The notes under the pieces were generated by a model. That model had not been told where the DNA came from and did no database searches. It saw nothing but the letters and a program-made list of their open reading frames with translations. The translations under genes were made by a program, and so were the position numbers. Shown here piece after piece: positions 1-14,737 of a stretch of DNA of 64,000 nucleotides. The DNA is taken from positions 39,742,001 through 39,806,000 of the forward strand of contig NC_043010.1 in the NCBI RefSeq assembly GCF_006345805.1. The letters run 5' to 3'. Source of the DNA: Octopus sinensis (Eukaryota). The first letter of the stretch is position 1. Each line of letters begins with the position of its first letter.

Positions 1-83
1 TCGGGTGTGATTTAAGGGTGGTACCAGGACAAACCATTACATACTGGGTATTTGAAGGACGGTCATCTTCAAAATTAACATTG

Positions 84-600
84 TAATCATTCCTGATGAT
101 GGTGACGATGTCAAGGATAATGACGTCGATGAAGATCAATACAGTTAACAAGATGATGATGAGGAGGACGGTCAGGGGTAGAAGGAGAAGGAAGAGGAGG
201 GAGGTGATCTTATCATGATGATGATGGTCATGGCAGTTGTGGTGATTGTAGTTGGTGTAGGTGCGATGGTCACGAGAAAGCGGAGAATGATAACATTGTA
301 AATGATGACAATGACATCGATGTCCCCAAATTGACAGGCTACAATAAGGACATATATGCAAATAACGATATTGATGATGAGGAGAAATATGAAGTTGATG
401 ATGATGATGATGATGATGATGACGACAACGTCGAGGATGATAATGATGACGCTGACGATCATCGTGTTCCTTATGTTCTTCATCAATGTTATGATCGTGA
501 TGGAAATGAGCATTGCAACGAAGTATTTTGTTCTATATATTGTAGGTCTTACCCTTGTGTATATATGCATAAGTGTGTAACTGTGTGTGAATGTGCGTAT
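84..600. repeat. Degenerate (GAT)n/trinucleotide low-complexity tract
   Basis: Runs of gatgatgat with degenerate variants; overlapping poly-D/poly-I/poly-M ORFs are repeat artefacts. Confidence 0.85.
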
Positions 601-961
601 ATTCTGGTGTGCATGTATCCTTGAGTGTCTCAGGTTTGTTTGTCTCACTTTCTCCATATGTGTGTCTATGTTTCTATGGATGTATATACTTATAGTAAAT
701 AAATTCTATGAAGAGATTTTCTTTGAGTGTAGTCAGAAATTATATAACAAAATAGGAAAACGCACACAATTTATAAATTTTTGATATACATTCAAGAAGA
801 AAGTAGTAACATCGTCTACCACTTTCGCGTCTCGATAATCATGACATTGAAATTGGTGAAAATATTATTCACAGTCTTTAGAACTTTCTGTGTGTTGTTC
901 TGTAAATATTACTATTATTATTATATAACTGTTCAATATTTGGGAGACTGAGGAAACTTTC

Positions 962-967
962 TACTGC

Positions 968-1010
<43 letters not shown>

Positions 1011-1025
1011 GTTATTGTTATTGTT

Positions 1026-1057
<32 letters not shown>

Positions 1058-1070
1058 ACTCATCATCATA

Positions 1071-1123
<53 letters not shown>

Positions 1124-1143
1124 TATTATTATCATTATTATTA

Positions 1144-1202
<59 letters not shown>
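962..1202. repeat. Compound (TAT)n/(CAT)n microsatellite
   Basis: Directly visible tandem TTA and CAT runs. Confidence 0.97.
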
Positions 1203-1205
<3 letters not shown>

Positions 1206-1240
1206 GGTAACTGCTTGGAATCGAACTCAGAATCTTGGGG
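1203..1240 (-). mobile_element. Fragment of a short tRNA-derived SINE (B-box) with an (AAT)n tail
   Basis: Reverse complement reads ccccaagattctgagttcgattccaagcagttacct (B-box-like GAGTTCGATTCC) and runs into the adjacent AAT tract. Confidence 0.4.
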
Positions 1241-2039
1241 ATGTTCTCTGTTTATTATTTTAACTGCATCCACCAGGGGGAGGTGTCCACAGTCGGTCTA
1301 CCCTACTAAATTCGCTGTTTTAGTTATGCATTAATACAAAACTAATAGTTAATACATCCATTTAACGTGTCATCGACACTACTATTTTCTGTAGTAGGAG
1401 TAAAAATATATGTATTTTAACCCAGAACCCCACTCTGAGCAGCAGATAACTGGATACCACTGAAATTAGGAGACCTCATTTTCCAGAAGCCCTCATTCAA
1501 ATATGATCTTAATCTGGGAATGGATACATGCAGACGACACGTCCATTAGCTTTAGCAAGAATTATGTGGAACGTCCTCCTCAGTATGAGGTAAAATCAGA
1601 TTTGAGAAGCATAATTACTCGTTTAGGAAGGGCACTCAATACTTTTCATTGTAGTTGTGATTCGGTAGGAAGCAGAATTGAAACGGAAACCGGGTACGGC
1701 ACCGATCACCTGAAGCAACAGAGGAAAAAATTAGGATGAACATGTAGCTGCTGCTGCTGTACACACACACACATATACATACACACGAGCGTGCACTCAC
1801 ACACAGTCACAAACAAACATACACACGCATATATATATATATATATATAAAGGGGGAGTTTACGGACAAAAAACAAAAGACGAAGACATGGGGTGTACAA
1901 AACAAACGCTCAGGAATGGAAAAATCTTTTTTACCTTTTGAGCCTACGCTCTTCTACAGTAAGGGACACAGAAGAAACAAGGAGAGAAAAAATGTATGTA
2001 GTGGCTAAAGATCTATCATGGCGCCTGACCACACACACA

Positions 2040-2060
2040 TATCTATATATCTATATATAT

Positions 2061-2103
<43 letters not shown>

Positions 2104-2148
2104 ATATATGTATGCATATATATATATATGTATACATATATATATGTA

Positions 2149-2206
<58 letters not shown>

Positions 2207-2290
2207 ATATGTATGTATATATATTATATATATACCCACATACATCCCTACATGCATACATACATACATACATACGTACATACATATATA
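2040..2290. repeat. (TA)n/(TACA)n microsatellite
   Basis: Visible tandem repeats; the YI-rich ORFs are artefacts. Confidence 0.97.
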
Positions 2291-2322
2291 CAGGGAAATA
2301 GCTGTAAAGATATAGGAACAGA

Positions 2323-2480
2323 GAGCTTACTGTGCCATGGGAGGAGAGCATTGCTGAGGCCCATTAGCAGAAGCTGTTGTGCTATGAAGAGCTGGTAGCT
2401 GAGATACGGGTGAAGTGTTACATCTGGGAGCTGGTTGCTTTCGAGGTCGGCTGCAGGGGTTTCCCGGCAGCTTCTGATTG
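2323..2480 (+). pseudogene. Restriction-like endonuclease C-terminal fragment of a HERO/NeSL-type non-LTR retrotransposon
   Basis: Frame from 2323 reads [46 protein letters not shown], matching the ELTVPWE...K..Y..L...EVG.RGF pattern of RLE elements; one in-frame stop. Confidence 0.8.
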
Positions 2481-4639
2481 CAGCCGGACGAGAAATGGAG
2501 CACTGTTTTCTACTACATATATACATACCTAAATAAATACAAACATACATACATACATACAGACATAAATGGAAATAACTGAAAGGATACCTGAACAGAG
2601 AGACGGAGTGATAATGTGCGTGTGTGTGTGAGAGAGAGAGAAGGGGAGAAAGAGAGAAAGAGAACAACCATATATTTAGTTCCATTGAAGTTGGAAGCTA
2701 TGAAACAGAAGCGCTGCTACAGACGTTGTGTGCGAAAAGAAATGAACTATGAATTATAAAATAAAACCCCAATGGTTGGCGATATTGCACATCGGCTGTA
2801 TGTAAGCAACCTAGATTCGTTAAAAAGAATTTCAGTTTTATTCTTTGACTCGAGGTGTAATACAAATTATTAGAGTCTCTTCTACTTGGTACTAATGAGA
2901 AAATGGCATGTTAAAGACATTCTGTTCCACATTCAATTTTCTCATTGTAATGAACAAATATAATAATTAGTTTGACGCACATCAAGGTATCCCCTTCATA
3001 TGTCACGGGTAATTGCAGCTTTCTTCTTCAGTTTCGTTTCACATCTATTTCTGTGTTTCTATATTTAGTTTCTGGGTAACAACAATAGGGTTGTTAATGA
3101 TAAGCATAAGAAGAATAGATAAGTTAGCTATAAAATATCTCTCATTATTGAGTTTCCATTAGCAATTAAATGTAACTCACACTATTTATTTCGAAACATG
3201 ATGCTGAAATAACTACATTGTCGCTAAACAAGCGTTCAATCCTTTCGATTTGTAAATAAATTTTTTCTCTTAAATTATAACCTACTTAAGTAAAAACAAA
3301 AAAAATACTTTTAATAACATAGTCCAATTCCAGACAAAAAAAAGCGATCGTAATGAATACAAGGTTATTGAGAGTAGTGAGGAATTTCGGTTAATGGATC
3401 GTAGCTGTTCATGAAATGTTCCTGCGAGTATCTGGAGGATCTGTTAGAAAAGTCGCTAAATATTTCATATCAGCTCCTACCGTCTTAGAAAGGAAGAACA
3501 GATTACACGCAATGATCGGTGATATACGAAATGGTGGTTAAATTCAAATCAGGTGGCGTTTAAGCACAGCTCATGCGGAACATGAGAAGTATAGGGTGAG
3601 CTCGGTTTAACAACCGACAGTTAATCTTCTGTTTGCTTATATCGAAGCACGTACTATTTGAAGCAGACATTACTTTGCTTTCCGAAAGGATGACACGTGT
3701 GCATCAGTTAGATTAATCGTACAGTTATGGGAAGAAAGTTTGCAAAACTTGTTTGTATTAGTATTCTCCCTCTCACTAACACATCAACCTAAATCAGACC
3801 CTCACACTTATCCGATATATAAGAAATTATTATGACAGTTGTGGGTAGAGCTAGTGGTCCCTTCCTGACAAACTGATGGTGTATCAATTCGAAGACCAAC
3901 CTTTCTCTAATAAATGCTGTTAGATACGCTTAATCGTGGCGTTATTTACCTCTTTCATTCCATAAGCATTTGTAGGAGTTTGCCGAAATTAAGTTTATAT
4001 CTACAATGTATTTTTTATCATTTATATTTTTAAAATTTATGCGTGCGCAATTTATAAACTGAAAGTATTTGTTAATTTATCTTGGTAATATGTTCTAGTT
4101 GAGTAGGACAACGGAATCTAAATAGTATGATCATTTTTTAATTTATATATTTGCTGTAGTTGGGCCTGGAATTTTAACATCGAGAACTTTCATTGCATTA
4201 GAAAAGTTGATGCAAGAAGAATGAAAACACACTAGCTACACTCATGGGAAGGTGGTGCTATATTATAAATATCAAACGGATGTCTAATAAAACTATTCCT
4301 CACATACAATAACAGACATACCAACAATTCTGCATACCGCCATCATCAGCTGCCCCATGGATATCGTTATGGTTTCAACACCTGGGCAGTACCTTTCAAT
4401 CTGGCGGTGTCAACAGCATTAAAATAAGTGTTGTTTGGGAACAGATAATAACTTAGATATCACCACATTCATTTAATCTTAATTCTAGAAATTATTGCAG
4501 TAATTCCTAATTTTCTATACACCTAGCAAACTTAGGGTATTTTCGCAACCTCAACGAAACTTTTGAATATAAAAATGCTGAGAACAATTTCAAAGAAATT
4601 ATTCACAGTAAAATTAATGAAAATTATAATCATAAAATT

Positions 4640-5460
4640 CAATCACTTGCTTTTCTTCTTCACCTTATTAAAGCAGGACTCATCAAAATGAGAAATACTT
4701 TTATTGGTTGCAATCCGCAGGTCTGTTTGTGAGTTCAGATGTCACCTGTATTATTTCTTGAACGAATCTATTAGTAAATGGGCCACCATTGTTTCATGCA
4801 CAGTAAAAGTTACAGATCCTGCATCGCCAGCCTTCTCTTCAGGTTAAGTAGAATTTGAGACATTGCCATTTACAATCCTTGTTCAGCAAAGAAATGGCTT
4901 TTATTTGAAGCCATTCATCTGTTCACAAGCATCATATATCTTTATCCCCTTTCGATACAGTGGAAAACTAAGGTACTTCATATGAATTAAAACGTCAACC
5001 ATGTAATCCAGGATTTAGTTGTAGTGCTGTGATTACAATGCTGCAATTAGATGACATTCATACTCGTTCGAAAATCTTAAATTTCTTCCTACTTTTCGAA
5101 GAAGCGGCTGAATACATTTCTTCGTAACAGTTATTCTTGTGGGAAATCAGAATTGCATTCTCGATTTGCGAAAGGAAAGTGAATTCAAGATGCAATGCTT
5201 CAAAGTATCCCCCATCAACTTACTGGGTTCCAAAAATGTCTCAAAAATGGTTCGATTTCCAGTCTGGAATGTATTTTATATGTCATAAAATTAGTTGTAT
5301 TTCTGTGACCATCAGTGAACACAAAACAAATGAATTACATATATGATATTTGGAAAAGAATTTTGTTACCAAAATCATCACATCCTTTGCATAAGAGCTT
5401 GTTTTCAGATCTTTATAGAACAAGAAATCTTTCTTCATAGCACGGCATTGGTATAACTCA
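4640..5460 (-). pseudogene. Decayed hAT (Buster/Charlie-like) transposase
   Basis: Minus-strand pieces MKKDFLFYKDLKTSSYAKDVMILVTKFF, CFVFTDG, KGIKIYDACEQMNGFK*K, RIVNGN and C-terminal DLRIATNKSISHFDE resemble ZBED8/FAM200-type transposases; many stops, shifts and deletions. Confidence 0.7.
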
Positions 5461-6600
5461 TTAATCTAATTAGCCAATTATAACAAATGTGATTAGATAA
5501 TACAAGTGATTAGAGATTTTCAGACACGTACATATGACACCTGAGATGACTTCTAAAATTATTTTCACTCAAAATAATAATTCGGTTCTGAATATCATTT
5601 GACAGACACCAATTGAAATTTTATTTTCCATTATTCAAGCGGAGTATTGTTGCTTTTTCCAGTACACATAAGGTAATGAAATTTTCTACAATTGTTTAGA
5701 AAATCTAGGATTTAGAGTGGTTATATACAATTTGGTGTGAAGCAAAAAGTACTGACACTTCAACAGAATCATTTTAAGGTTTCCTCTAGTATTTAAGCGA
5801 AATCTTTTGATTTTGCTCGATCGAATATCATGTACTTGAACATCAGCTGAACCTTCTTTTGTAGCATGTTAAGCATCATATTTAATAATTTGTGTAAAAT
5901 GATAACCCAACAGAGGGTTTGTTGCGAGCAAGCAATTCTTGTACAAATAAAACCAAAGCCGATATCGGTATTGTTTCATTTCCATCTGCTTTAAATACTA
6001 AAGAATTAAGGTATGAAGCAAAGAGACTATTTTAATTTATCTTTACATAAAACCTCCTAGACAGATTTTTTGTTCAAGTATTGCCAATAAAGAAATAATT
6101 AATAAAATTCAAACTATATGCAGTGCGATATATCGAAGATCTGCAGTAGATCAAGATTTCATCTCGGCGTCTGTGGATTCAAACACAAACAGACATACAC
6201 AAACACTTAATTACACATGCTCACATACGTGCTGGCGCACGCATTCTCCCGAGCACACTGTTTACGGTCCTGTTATATAGGTACACGCAAATGTCATGGT
6301 AAGTGAGCTTTTAATCTCCTACACTTCCATAACTATCCAGCCTACCTTTGTCACATAAACTAGGAGAACGTCTCACACACAACCTGTTTCTCAGTTTGTT
6401 TCTTAGCAAAGCTGTTCAGAAAAAAAGCATCTAGCTTCCAGCATTCATAGCCCTCGGGTACGACAGATTCCTTGGCCCTAATTGCCCATCTCACTCACTC
6501 AGCATTCTCTCGCCATCTCTCGCCATTCCTGAAGTAAATATGCCATTTCTTTTCTGTAGATTTACATACAACAGATGTTACACAGACATGTAGAATATAA

Positions 6601-6935
6601 TCTTTTATCTTTTACTTGTTCTAGTCGTTAGAGTATGGCCATGCTGGGTCACTGCCTTGAATTTTTAGTTGAATGAAACAAAACCAGTACTTAATTTTGT
6701 TGAGCCTGGTACTTATTCTACGGTATCTTTTACCGAACCGCTAAGTTACGGGAACCTAAACTCATCATACGATGTGCTTCTTTCTGTTTCCGTCTACCAA
6801 AGCCAAAACTAGCCACATGGCTTTGTTAGGCCTGCGGCTGTAGTAGACGACTTTTGCTCTAGATGCCACGCAGTGGGATTAAGCCAGGAACCATGTGGTT
6901 CGGAGGCAAATTTCATGCCTCACTACTACGCCTAC
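6601..6935 (-). mobile_element. tRNA-derived SINE group A, diverged, internal microsatellite spacer missing
   Basis: Tail (cttttacttgtt...ccgaaccgctaagttacggg) joined directly to head (ttccgtctaccaaa...aaccatgtggtt...cgcct); homologous to 43098-43492. Confidence 0.85.
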
Positions 6936-8280
6936 ATTTAGTTATATCAACACAAACCCTTTTCATGCATTCATAAATTGCACATTGATTGTATGCTTCA
7001 ACATGTGAATTGAGAGTTCTTACCATTAACCAATAAAGAAAACACACTTTCTCTTCATGTATTTTATTATATTGCATTCTTTTTTTTTATTTTCCGTTGC
7101 AGCCATAGATTGATACCCACATTTATAATTCACTAAATATCAAATATAAACCAAAATCACAAACTAGTAATTTTAATGACTGCTAAAGTCCACGGAAAGT
7201 AATTCCTATTACTTTGTTGGAATTAGTCCTTTGATATGATATGTGTAAATTAATTCAAGAATAGTACATCAATGGCTGTAGCAATCATATTTGGTCGAAA
7301 ATAGTTTTGCATCACCGGATTCTACTGCAGCATATATTTTGTAAGAAATGATTAAAAAAATTACATATCTGACCATGCAAGGAGAGTATGTTTTTTTTCC
7401 GAAGGCGCATAGTTTCGTACTTATATTTTTATATTCATAATCCTTAAACAGTGAGCTAGATTCTTGAGATGGGTGGTACTTTTTCCTGCTTCATCAATGT
7501 ACATAGATTAACAATGTTCCATTCGAGCAACTAAAAATAAATAATAGTGGTCCCTGGAAATAACCGCTCGGCAGTGATAGCAAGAGAGAGAGAGAGGGGG
7601 GGATGTAGCATTCCAAAGAGAAATGTACTTTCAATCTAAAAACCTTTAAAATTTAGATTAGCTCCGGATTCATGAACCTGATTGCCTGAAACTGAAGGAG
7701 AGAAAAATCCAGACCGATGAAACAACACTGAATTCAAATCCAGTGAAGATCGACTTCACGTTTCAACTTTTCGCTATCGATAAAACAAATTCTTTCCAAA
7801 TTCTGTTCATCCTATTTCTGGATTATTTCTCTTTCACCCTTCTTCAATATCTTTCTTACAATAAACTAGGGTGATGGCGTCAAGAAGGAAATGCTCACAT
7901 GGCAACGCCATTCATCTTTCCACCATTATTTATTGTTTCGCAAACAATGAAATATTAATATACTAGTCAGAAACTTTGGTGGGAAATTGGGCGAAAATTG
8001 GAAGTCTGGGATATTAGTTCGAGATTAACCTGTTGTTTATTGCAACGTTAGCTATTCTTAATGAGAACAGACCATTCAATAGTTACAATTCATTTCTTGT
8101 AGGGTGTACGATATGTACACGATAAGGTGTAAGAAGCTGCAGACGATATAATGCCGTCTCAATGATTTGTTTCTGTTCATAATTTTACTCGATACACCGT
8201 CGTACAGCGGTGGTCGGTTACATCGATATGAGTACGTAAGAGGCACTTTTTTTTTTATTGACTCTCATGAGCTGAAGAAG

Positions 8281-8380
8281 AGGTTAACTCCAGCAGTATT
8301 TGAACTCCGAATGTAAAAAGACGGAGACATGTCAATAAGCTTTTTGTCAGGTGCACTAAAGATTTATGCCAGCTTACCTC
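8281..8380 (-). mobile_element. SINE group B head fragment, diverged
   Basis: Reverse complement aligns with the head at 52433 (gagctggca...gagttcaaat). Confidence 0.6.
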
Positions 8381-8410
8381 TTTAAAGTGATTGCTCATGG
8401 CAAAAAAAAT

Positions 8411-8652
8411 GAGGGATTCCCAGTTTCGATTCCCAGACCGGGCGTTGTGAGTGTTTATTGAGCGAAAACACCTAAAACTCCAGGAGATTCCGGCAGTGGG
8501 TGGTGGTGATCCCGGCTGTACTCTTTCGCCACACTTTTCTGTCACTCTTTCTTCTCTTGGCCTGCTCGTTTGAGGGTTAAAACGATGCGAAGCGCATTGT
8601 GACCAGCGATGTGTAGCAATATCTGATAGCCTGGTCGATCACGGTGATCACA
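8411..8652 (+). mobile_element. SINE group C, tail type 2, 5'-truncated
   Basis: gtttcgattcccagaccgggcgttgtgagtg... shared with 38515 and 49064; 3' module cctggtcgatcacggtgatcac shared with the 38515 copy. Confidence 0.88.
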
Positions 8653-9319
8653 ATGATGATTTGTTTTTAGATAATAAACTTCTCGAGAGAATGAAGGCAT
8701 CATTTGATCGAAGCTTAGGAAACATCCTTTATACAGTTTCCTACACTTTATTATCTTTTCAACACAAGTAATTTCATTGCTTGAATTCTTGTACTGCCAC
8801 ATATAAAACTTCCATTATAAAATTCATCACCATCACTTTGGGACATTTTAAATATTGGCTATATCATACAGAATTTAGGCTAAATAATTTTAATCTTGTT
8901 ATTCAACTCATTAAACAGTAATATAAATGCTGAATTGAAAACATAATACATTAAGATATATTAATGAATGATAGGGTGGTCCATTGTACTTTTAAAACCA
9001 GGCAATCATTAAACAATGAAAGATTTTTTGAATCTTGCATTATAAACAGAATATTCTGAATTATGGACAAAGTGGTAAAATTTAAAATCGATAATTCCAT
9101 TTGATTCTTCAATTAACTTCGATACGTCTTCTGCTTTCTGTTGGAATTTGCATAACAAAAGTTATGCAAAAATCTTACAGGACGTAGCTGTCGTGAGCGT
9201 CTATCAAATACAAAATCAGATGAGTTAATGGTGTTCTTACACGCCCCAAATGCTATTTGAATACATAAATACATGTACTTTCAATTCCAAGATGTCAACT
9301 GAGTATCATGAGAATAAGA

Positions 9320-9376
9320 ATAATTGTAATTATCATTTTTATCATTATTATTGTTAGTATTATTATCATTATTATT

Positions 9377-9408
<32 letters not shown>

Positions 9409-9420
9409 CGTTGTTGTTAC
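9320..9420. repeat. (ATT)n/(GTT)n microsatellite
   Basis: Visible tandem repeats. Confidence 0.9.
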
Positions 9421-12400
9421 CAGTATGCTTAGTTAATTGAGTAAACACACTACTCGATATAAAGGATTATTAGAAATACTTGAAATTCTTTATTCGCACA
9501 CAACTATGCAATTAGATTAACTCCAGGATGGTAGCGTTTAAAGCAGCGTCTTGTGAGTAGCTAGAAATAGTACATTTCCAACATACAACAGAAAGATCTA
9601 AAAGCGAAGATGGCAACATCAAATACTAAATCTTACTGAACTGTCTAAGTATTGAATATTCGCGTGTGTTTTTACGTTTAGTTGTAATAATTAAGTAAAA
9701 CCAAATAGACAGATTTTGAAACAATTCCATACGTACGTTCCAAGTTCGCGTAAAATATATAAGGCCATGCCTCCATTACTTAAGCTTGGAATGTATGTAT
9801 TAAATGATTTCAAAATATCGCTGTTTTGTTTTGTTTTGTTTCATTATTGCAACTGCTTGGCTACGATGCTGGATCAAACTAACAGATCCTTGATTCCGTT
9901 TATGTCGATAATCTAATAACGGTCTTGGCAAAGCTTGTTACATTCGACTTGTGTCGAATATTCTTGTACGGTGCACCACGTAAAGTAGCACCACACACAC
10001 GTGCGCGGAGACACCCACACACATACACACACATATATGTATATGTAAAGGACTTGAATCTAATGGAAATATACGCGTATTTCTGTAGCCACTCAAATCT
10101 TTCAACCCACCTAGGACCTTATATATGGGTGTGGTGTGTGTGCGCACTGCGTGTATGTGTGCGTGCGTGTGTACGTGCGCGTGTGCCTACCTCTGAGTGT
10201 GAGTGTGTAGATATATTTATATATATTTATGAAGTTCCCCAAAATAGCTCTCACAATTTTAACTACGTATATAATCTGGGAGCAGATGGTCAATCTGTGA
10301 ACAAGTGAAGTAGAGAAGATATGTCTTTGTGCAGAGTTCTGATCTAGGGCTACAGAAATTTGACAACACTGAGACATAATGTAATCTCGAGCTTTCATCT
10401 TGAATCAAGAGTAACCTCGAAAATAAATGAAGCAAATTTCTGATTCTTGTCTGTAATGTTTGCGGATTTCTAGTGGCAAATACAAAACTGTAGTTTTCTC
10501 CCTTTACAGACACATCCATATGGTCATGTGTTACAGTGAGCACAGCATTCCTCTCGTGCTTAATATTTTCGAATTGCATTTGTTCCGTGATTGGTCTTTT
10601 GTCATTATTTTCAGTTTAGAACAGCGTTTGTAAACCACGCTCTATGTCAAGTTTTCGACCTTACCATTCGAATGATTTCGTAACACAGGGAATATGGTGT
10701 GATGTTTTGGGGTAGGTTGCAAAGACGATCTGAATATTGTCATAGACCCTTACACAGAGCACACCCATATATAAAAAAAGAGTTGTGCGTTTGCCCTACT
10801 TGTATTCACAATCTACACGACGAACAAATAGGGTTATATATATATATATATATATATTGGAAAAGGATGCGTGTCGTTCGATCATATAATAATATAAATA
10901 CTATATAAATATATGCATATATACATACATATATGTACATACCTACATATATATGTAAATATACATGCATATATGGGCACAGGACATTAAAAAAAACGTT
11001 GGACACAATAAGAAACGAGACATACATCATAAAGAATATTCCCCTTCTTAAGTTGTCCCGGTTTCATATACTACACGTTTCGAAGCCAATAATATATATA
11101 TTACCATTTGGGTACATTTGTATAACATTTATTGTGAAAAAACTGGAGTAAATTATCCTTTACGTGAAACCCTACAAGTGTCATTGAAGAAAGCCGATAA
11201 AAATATCGCAGAGAATTGAAATGTGGTATTAATGAGAAATTTCTTTCTTTTCCTCGGCCGTTTTCTTTAACTCCCGAATATTGAAATACAGAGACATAGA
11301 TCGAGATACGGACAAGCAGATAGAGCTATCAGCAGATAGAGTGAGAGGGAGTGGGGAAAAAGAGAAAGAGAGGTCAATTTTAATGTTGATGGGTGCAGTA
11401 GCTTTTTATGACATTAATTTCTGTTTTTTATTTCTCCTGTAGTTATTCCTTAAGCATTTTATTATTCTCTCTCTTTTCCTGTCTCTCTTCTTCTCTCTCA
11501 GTCTTTCTGGAATAGTGGACCCCCCCCCCAAAAAAAAATCGAATAAAAGACGCACGACAAACGGAAAACTATAGATAAAAAAGAGAGCCAGGGGTCTTTC
11601 AGCGATGATGGCGGTGTGACATATTAATTACTTTTTCCCTCTCTCTTTCTTTAGTCTTTCTATATTACATCCCCCACACTCTCTCTCACACACACACACA
11701 CTCACATACACACACACTATTTCCTTATCTCACTTTCCCTTTTTCTCTTTTTTTTCTTCCCTCTATGTGTGTTTCTTTTATTCTTCTCGAATATTGGAAT
11801 AGAAAGTCTTGGAGAGATATCTGAAGAGAAAAATATTCAGGCATAAATTTTCTTAGCAGCTGATGGTCTAGAAAACCATTACAGACACCGCGAACAGCTC
11901 AATTTATTTCCGTTATTGAATTAAAGGTATATCCTTATTTTTATGAGGACTCCTGCGAAACATCTGTACATTGTCACAAATAAGAAAACTAGCAATTTGA
12001 GACATGCAACTAACGGAGTATAACAGTTCATTAGATTATTTTTAAGATAAGAACCGTTTTATTATCCTCACCTTACACATTGATCCCGTAGCTTTGGCTG
12101 AGTTATAAATTTCCATTTGCAATGTTTCTGATTAGCTGATATTAGGTGGTGGCAATTTTTTTAATACGAAATGCGTGTGAGAGACTTTTTTAACAACATA
12201 CAAGGCAAAAGGAAACATTATAGAGTCAGAGGTTTACTCTCAGGTAATCATGCATTTGGATTATAAAATTCAATAAGGAAGTTGATAGTTTTCTCATTGC
12301 TTCCCCCTCTCTCTCTCTCTCTCTCTCATTCATTCATGTACCAACGTATGCATGTACGTTCCATACATGCAAATAATTACCTATCTATATATCTATCTAA

Positions 12401-12487
12401 TTTCTGCCTCCGTCCCTGACTCTCTCTCTCTCTCTGTATATATATATATAATATATATATATATAAGTATATATATATTATATATAA

Positions 12488-12570
<83 letters not shown>

Positions 12571-12576
12571 ATATAT

Positions 12577-12736
12577 AGGCGCAAAAGTGGGTGTGTAGTA
12601 AGAAGCTGGCTTCCCAACCACATGGTTCTGGTTTCAGTCACACTGTATGACAACTTCGGCATTTATCTCCTACTGTAACCTCGGGCCGACCAAAGCTTTG
12701 TGAGTGAATTTGGTAGACGGAAACTAAAATAGCCCG

Positions 12737-12738
<2 letters not shown>
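12577..12738 (+). mobile_element. SINE group A head half
   Basis: aggcgca...gtgtagtaag...aaccacatggttctggtttcagtc...ggtagacggaaact; flanked by (TA)n on both sides. Confidence 0.9.
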
Positions 12739-12811
<73 letters not shown>

Positions 12812-12812
12812 T

Positions 12813-13025
12813 CACTCTTTACTCTTTTACTCTTTTACTTGTTTCAGTCATTTGACTGCAGCCATGCTAGAGCACCGCCTTTAGTCGAGCAAATTGACCC
12901 CAGGACTTATTCTTTGTAAGCCTAGTACTTATTCTATCGGCCCTATTTGCTGATGAGCTGCTAAGTTAAGGGTGCATAAACACGCCAATTTTGATTATCA
13001 AGCTGTGGGGAGAACACAGACGCAA
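12813..13025 (-). mobile_element. SINE group A tail half, opposite orientation to the adjacent head
   Basis: ctcttttacttgtttcagtcatttgactgcagccatgc... with about three copies of the terminal actctttt unit. Confidence 0.9.
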
Positions 13026-13701
13026 TCCTCGCACGCATGCATGTATGTATGTATGTATGTATGTATGTATGTATGTATGTATGTATGTATGTATGTATAA
13101 ACACACACACACTGCGGGATGGTTATTTTTTATTGCCAAATAAACACACACACAATATTTGTTTTGTTTACTCGTTTATTACTGTTCTTAATTTATTATT
13201 TTAACGCCTACCCGGAAATCTTTCGTCACAAGGCCGTGACCACTTCAGCGACACTTTTCGTTTTCGTATGCGTTCTTGCTCCCCTTATTCCATTCTGTTC
13301 TTCTAAGATGTGTAACTTAATATGCGCATCAGCTCGGCATTATCTATTTACTGCCGACTGAAACTGCGCTTGCGTGCTGGGACATGTGTTATTTTCTTTG
13401 AATTATAAGTTATTTAGTAACATCGGTTACTGATGAGAATTCGCCTGGTAGATAATCTGATTTGCTAAATTACCTCTTAAAGGGTAGCAGATATTCATAT
13501 TTGCTAAAGAAATTTGAAACCTAGGTATAACCGCAAAAGACAAGGTAAAAGTTTTTATTTTTTCATTTCCTTCGAAAATTGCGATTAAATTGTGGTTTTG
13601 GCCGTTTTGGCTGCTTCTTCTAGCATGTAAAAATTACCTGTTAAAGGGTAGTTTTCTATTGTGTTTAAATGTACACTATTTTGAAAAGAAGTATATATAT
13701 A

Positions 13702-14737
13702 TGTCCCTTTTGCTGTCCTGGTGTTCGTATGCATTCGATCCTTCTTCCAGGAAATCTACGCTTCCAGCTCAGTTTTTCTTGGAGGGCTGGCCGTGATCTA
13801 GTAATCTCAAGATTAATCAGCCGAAATTACTACGATGATCCGGTTCTTGACTGAAGACTGAGGGGTTCGAATGTCCTGTCCATGTTTATTGTATCGTCGT
13901 CTATGAGTTATACGTTCTTGTCCATGTTGTATTTTTCTACATACCTTAACATATATTCCAGGCGCCCCGTACCCCCTTTATCATTAATGTGAACACATAT
14001 TCTTAATAATTGGTACGACTCTCTGTTTGTCTCTCTCTCTCTCTCATTTTTACTTTCTCTCTATTCATCTTCTCTTTCCTCTGATCCTTTGGTCTAGTCT
14101 TCCACTACCCTCCTATTTCTTTGTCTCGCTCTGCACTCACAGGTCATTCTTCGACACCCATCCCTTCTCCTCTCTGATTCCTTCTTCTCTCTCTTCTCTC
14201 TCTTTGTTGCGTTTTGTCCCCCTTTTCTCTCTCTCTCTTCCTTTGCTTCTCTGTCTTTTCTTTTCCCTCTTCTCTGTCACGTGACTGTTGGCCGAAATCT
14301 GCCTTTCAGCTCCTGACCCTCGTCGTGTTAACATCGTTGTTCTTCGTCCGCCGCTATAAAGGCTTTTTCCAATGCGCCAGAGAAAAAATTTGTTTGCTTG
14401 TTATCAGTCGTAAGACACTTGTTGTTTTCACCGTTAATGCTTCTGTATTTCATGTTTCTGTATTCCATTATTGTTTTTTGTTTTTTTTATATCTGTCCCT
14501 TTTGCTGTCCTGGTGTTCGTATGCATTCGATCCTTCTTCCAGGAAATCTACGCTTCCAGCTTAGTTTTTCTTGGAGGGCTGGCCGTGATCTAGTAATCTC
14601 AAGATTAATCAGCCGAAATTACTACGATGATCCGGTTCTTGACTGAAGACTGAGGGGTTCGAATGTCCTGTCCATGTTTATTGTATCGTCGTCTATGAGT
14701 TATACGTTCTTGTCCATGTTGTACTTTTCTACATACC

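Noticed and set aside
10220-10520. Possible hAT dimerisation-domain remnant (KFPKIAL..., ISDSCL*CLRISS)
   Set aside because: Only short motif echoes across several frames; too decayed to call without a profile search.
13810-13880. CTGAAGA and GAAA motifs in the 250-bp repeats as a hammerhead (retrozyme idea)
   Set aside because: No consistent stems I-III or cleavage triplet could be built in any permutation on either strand.
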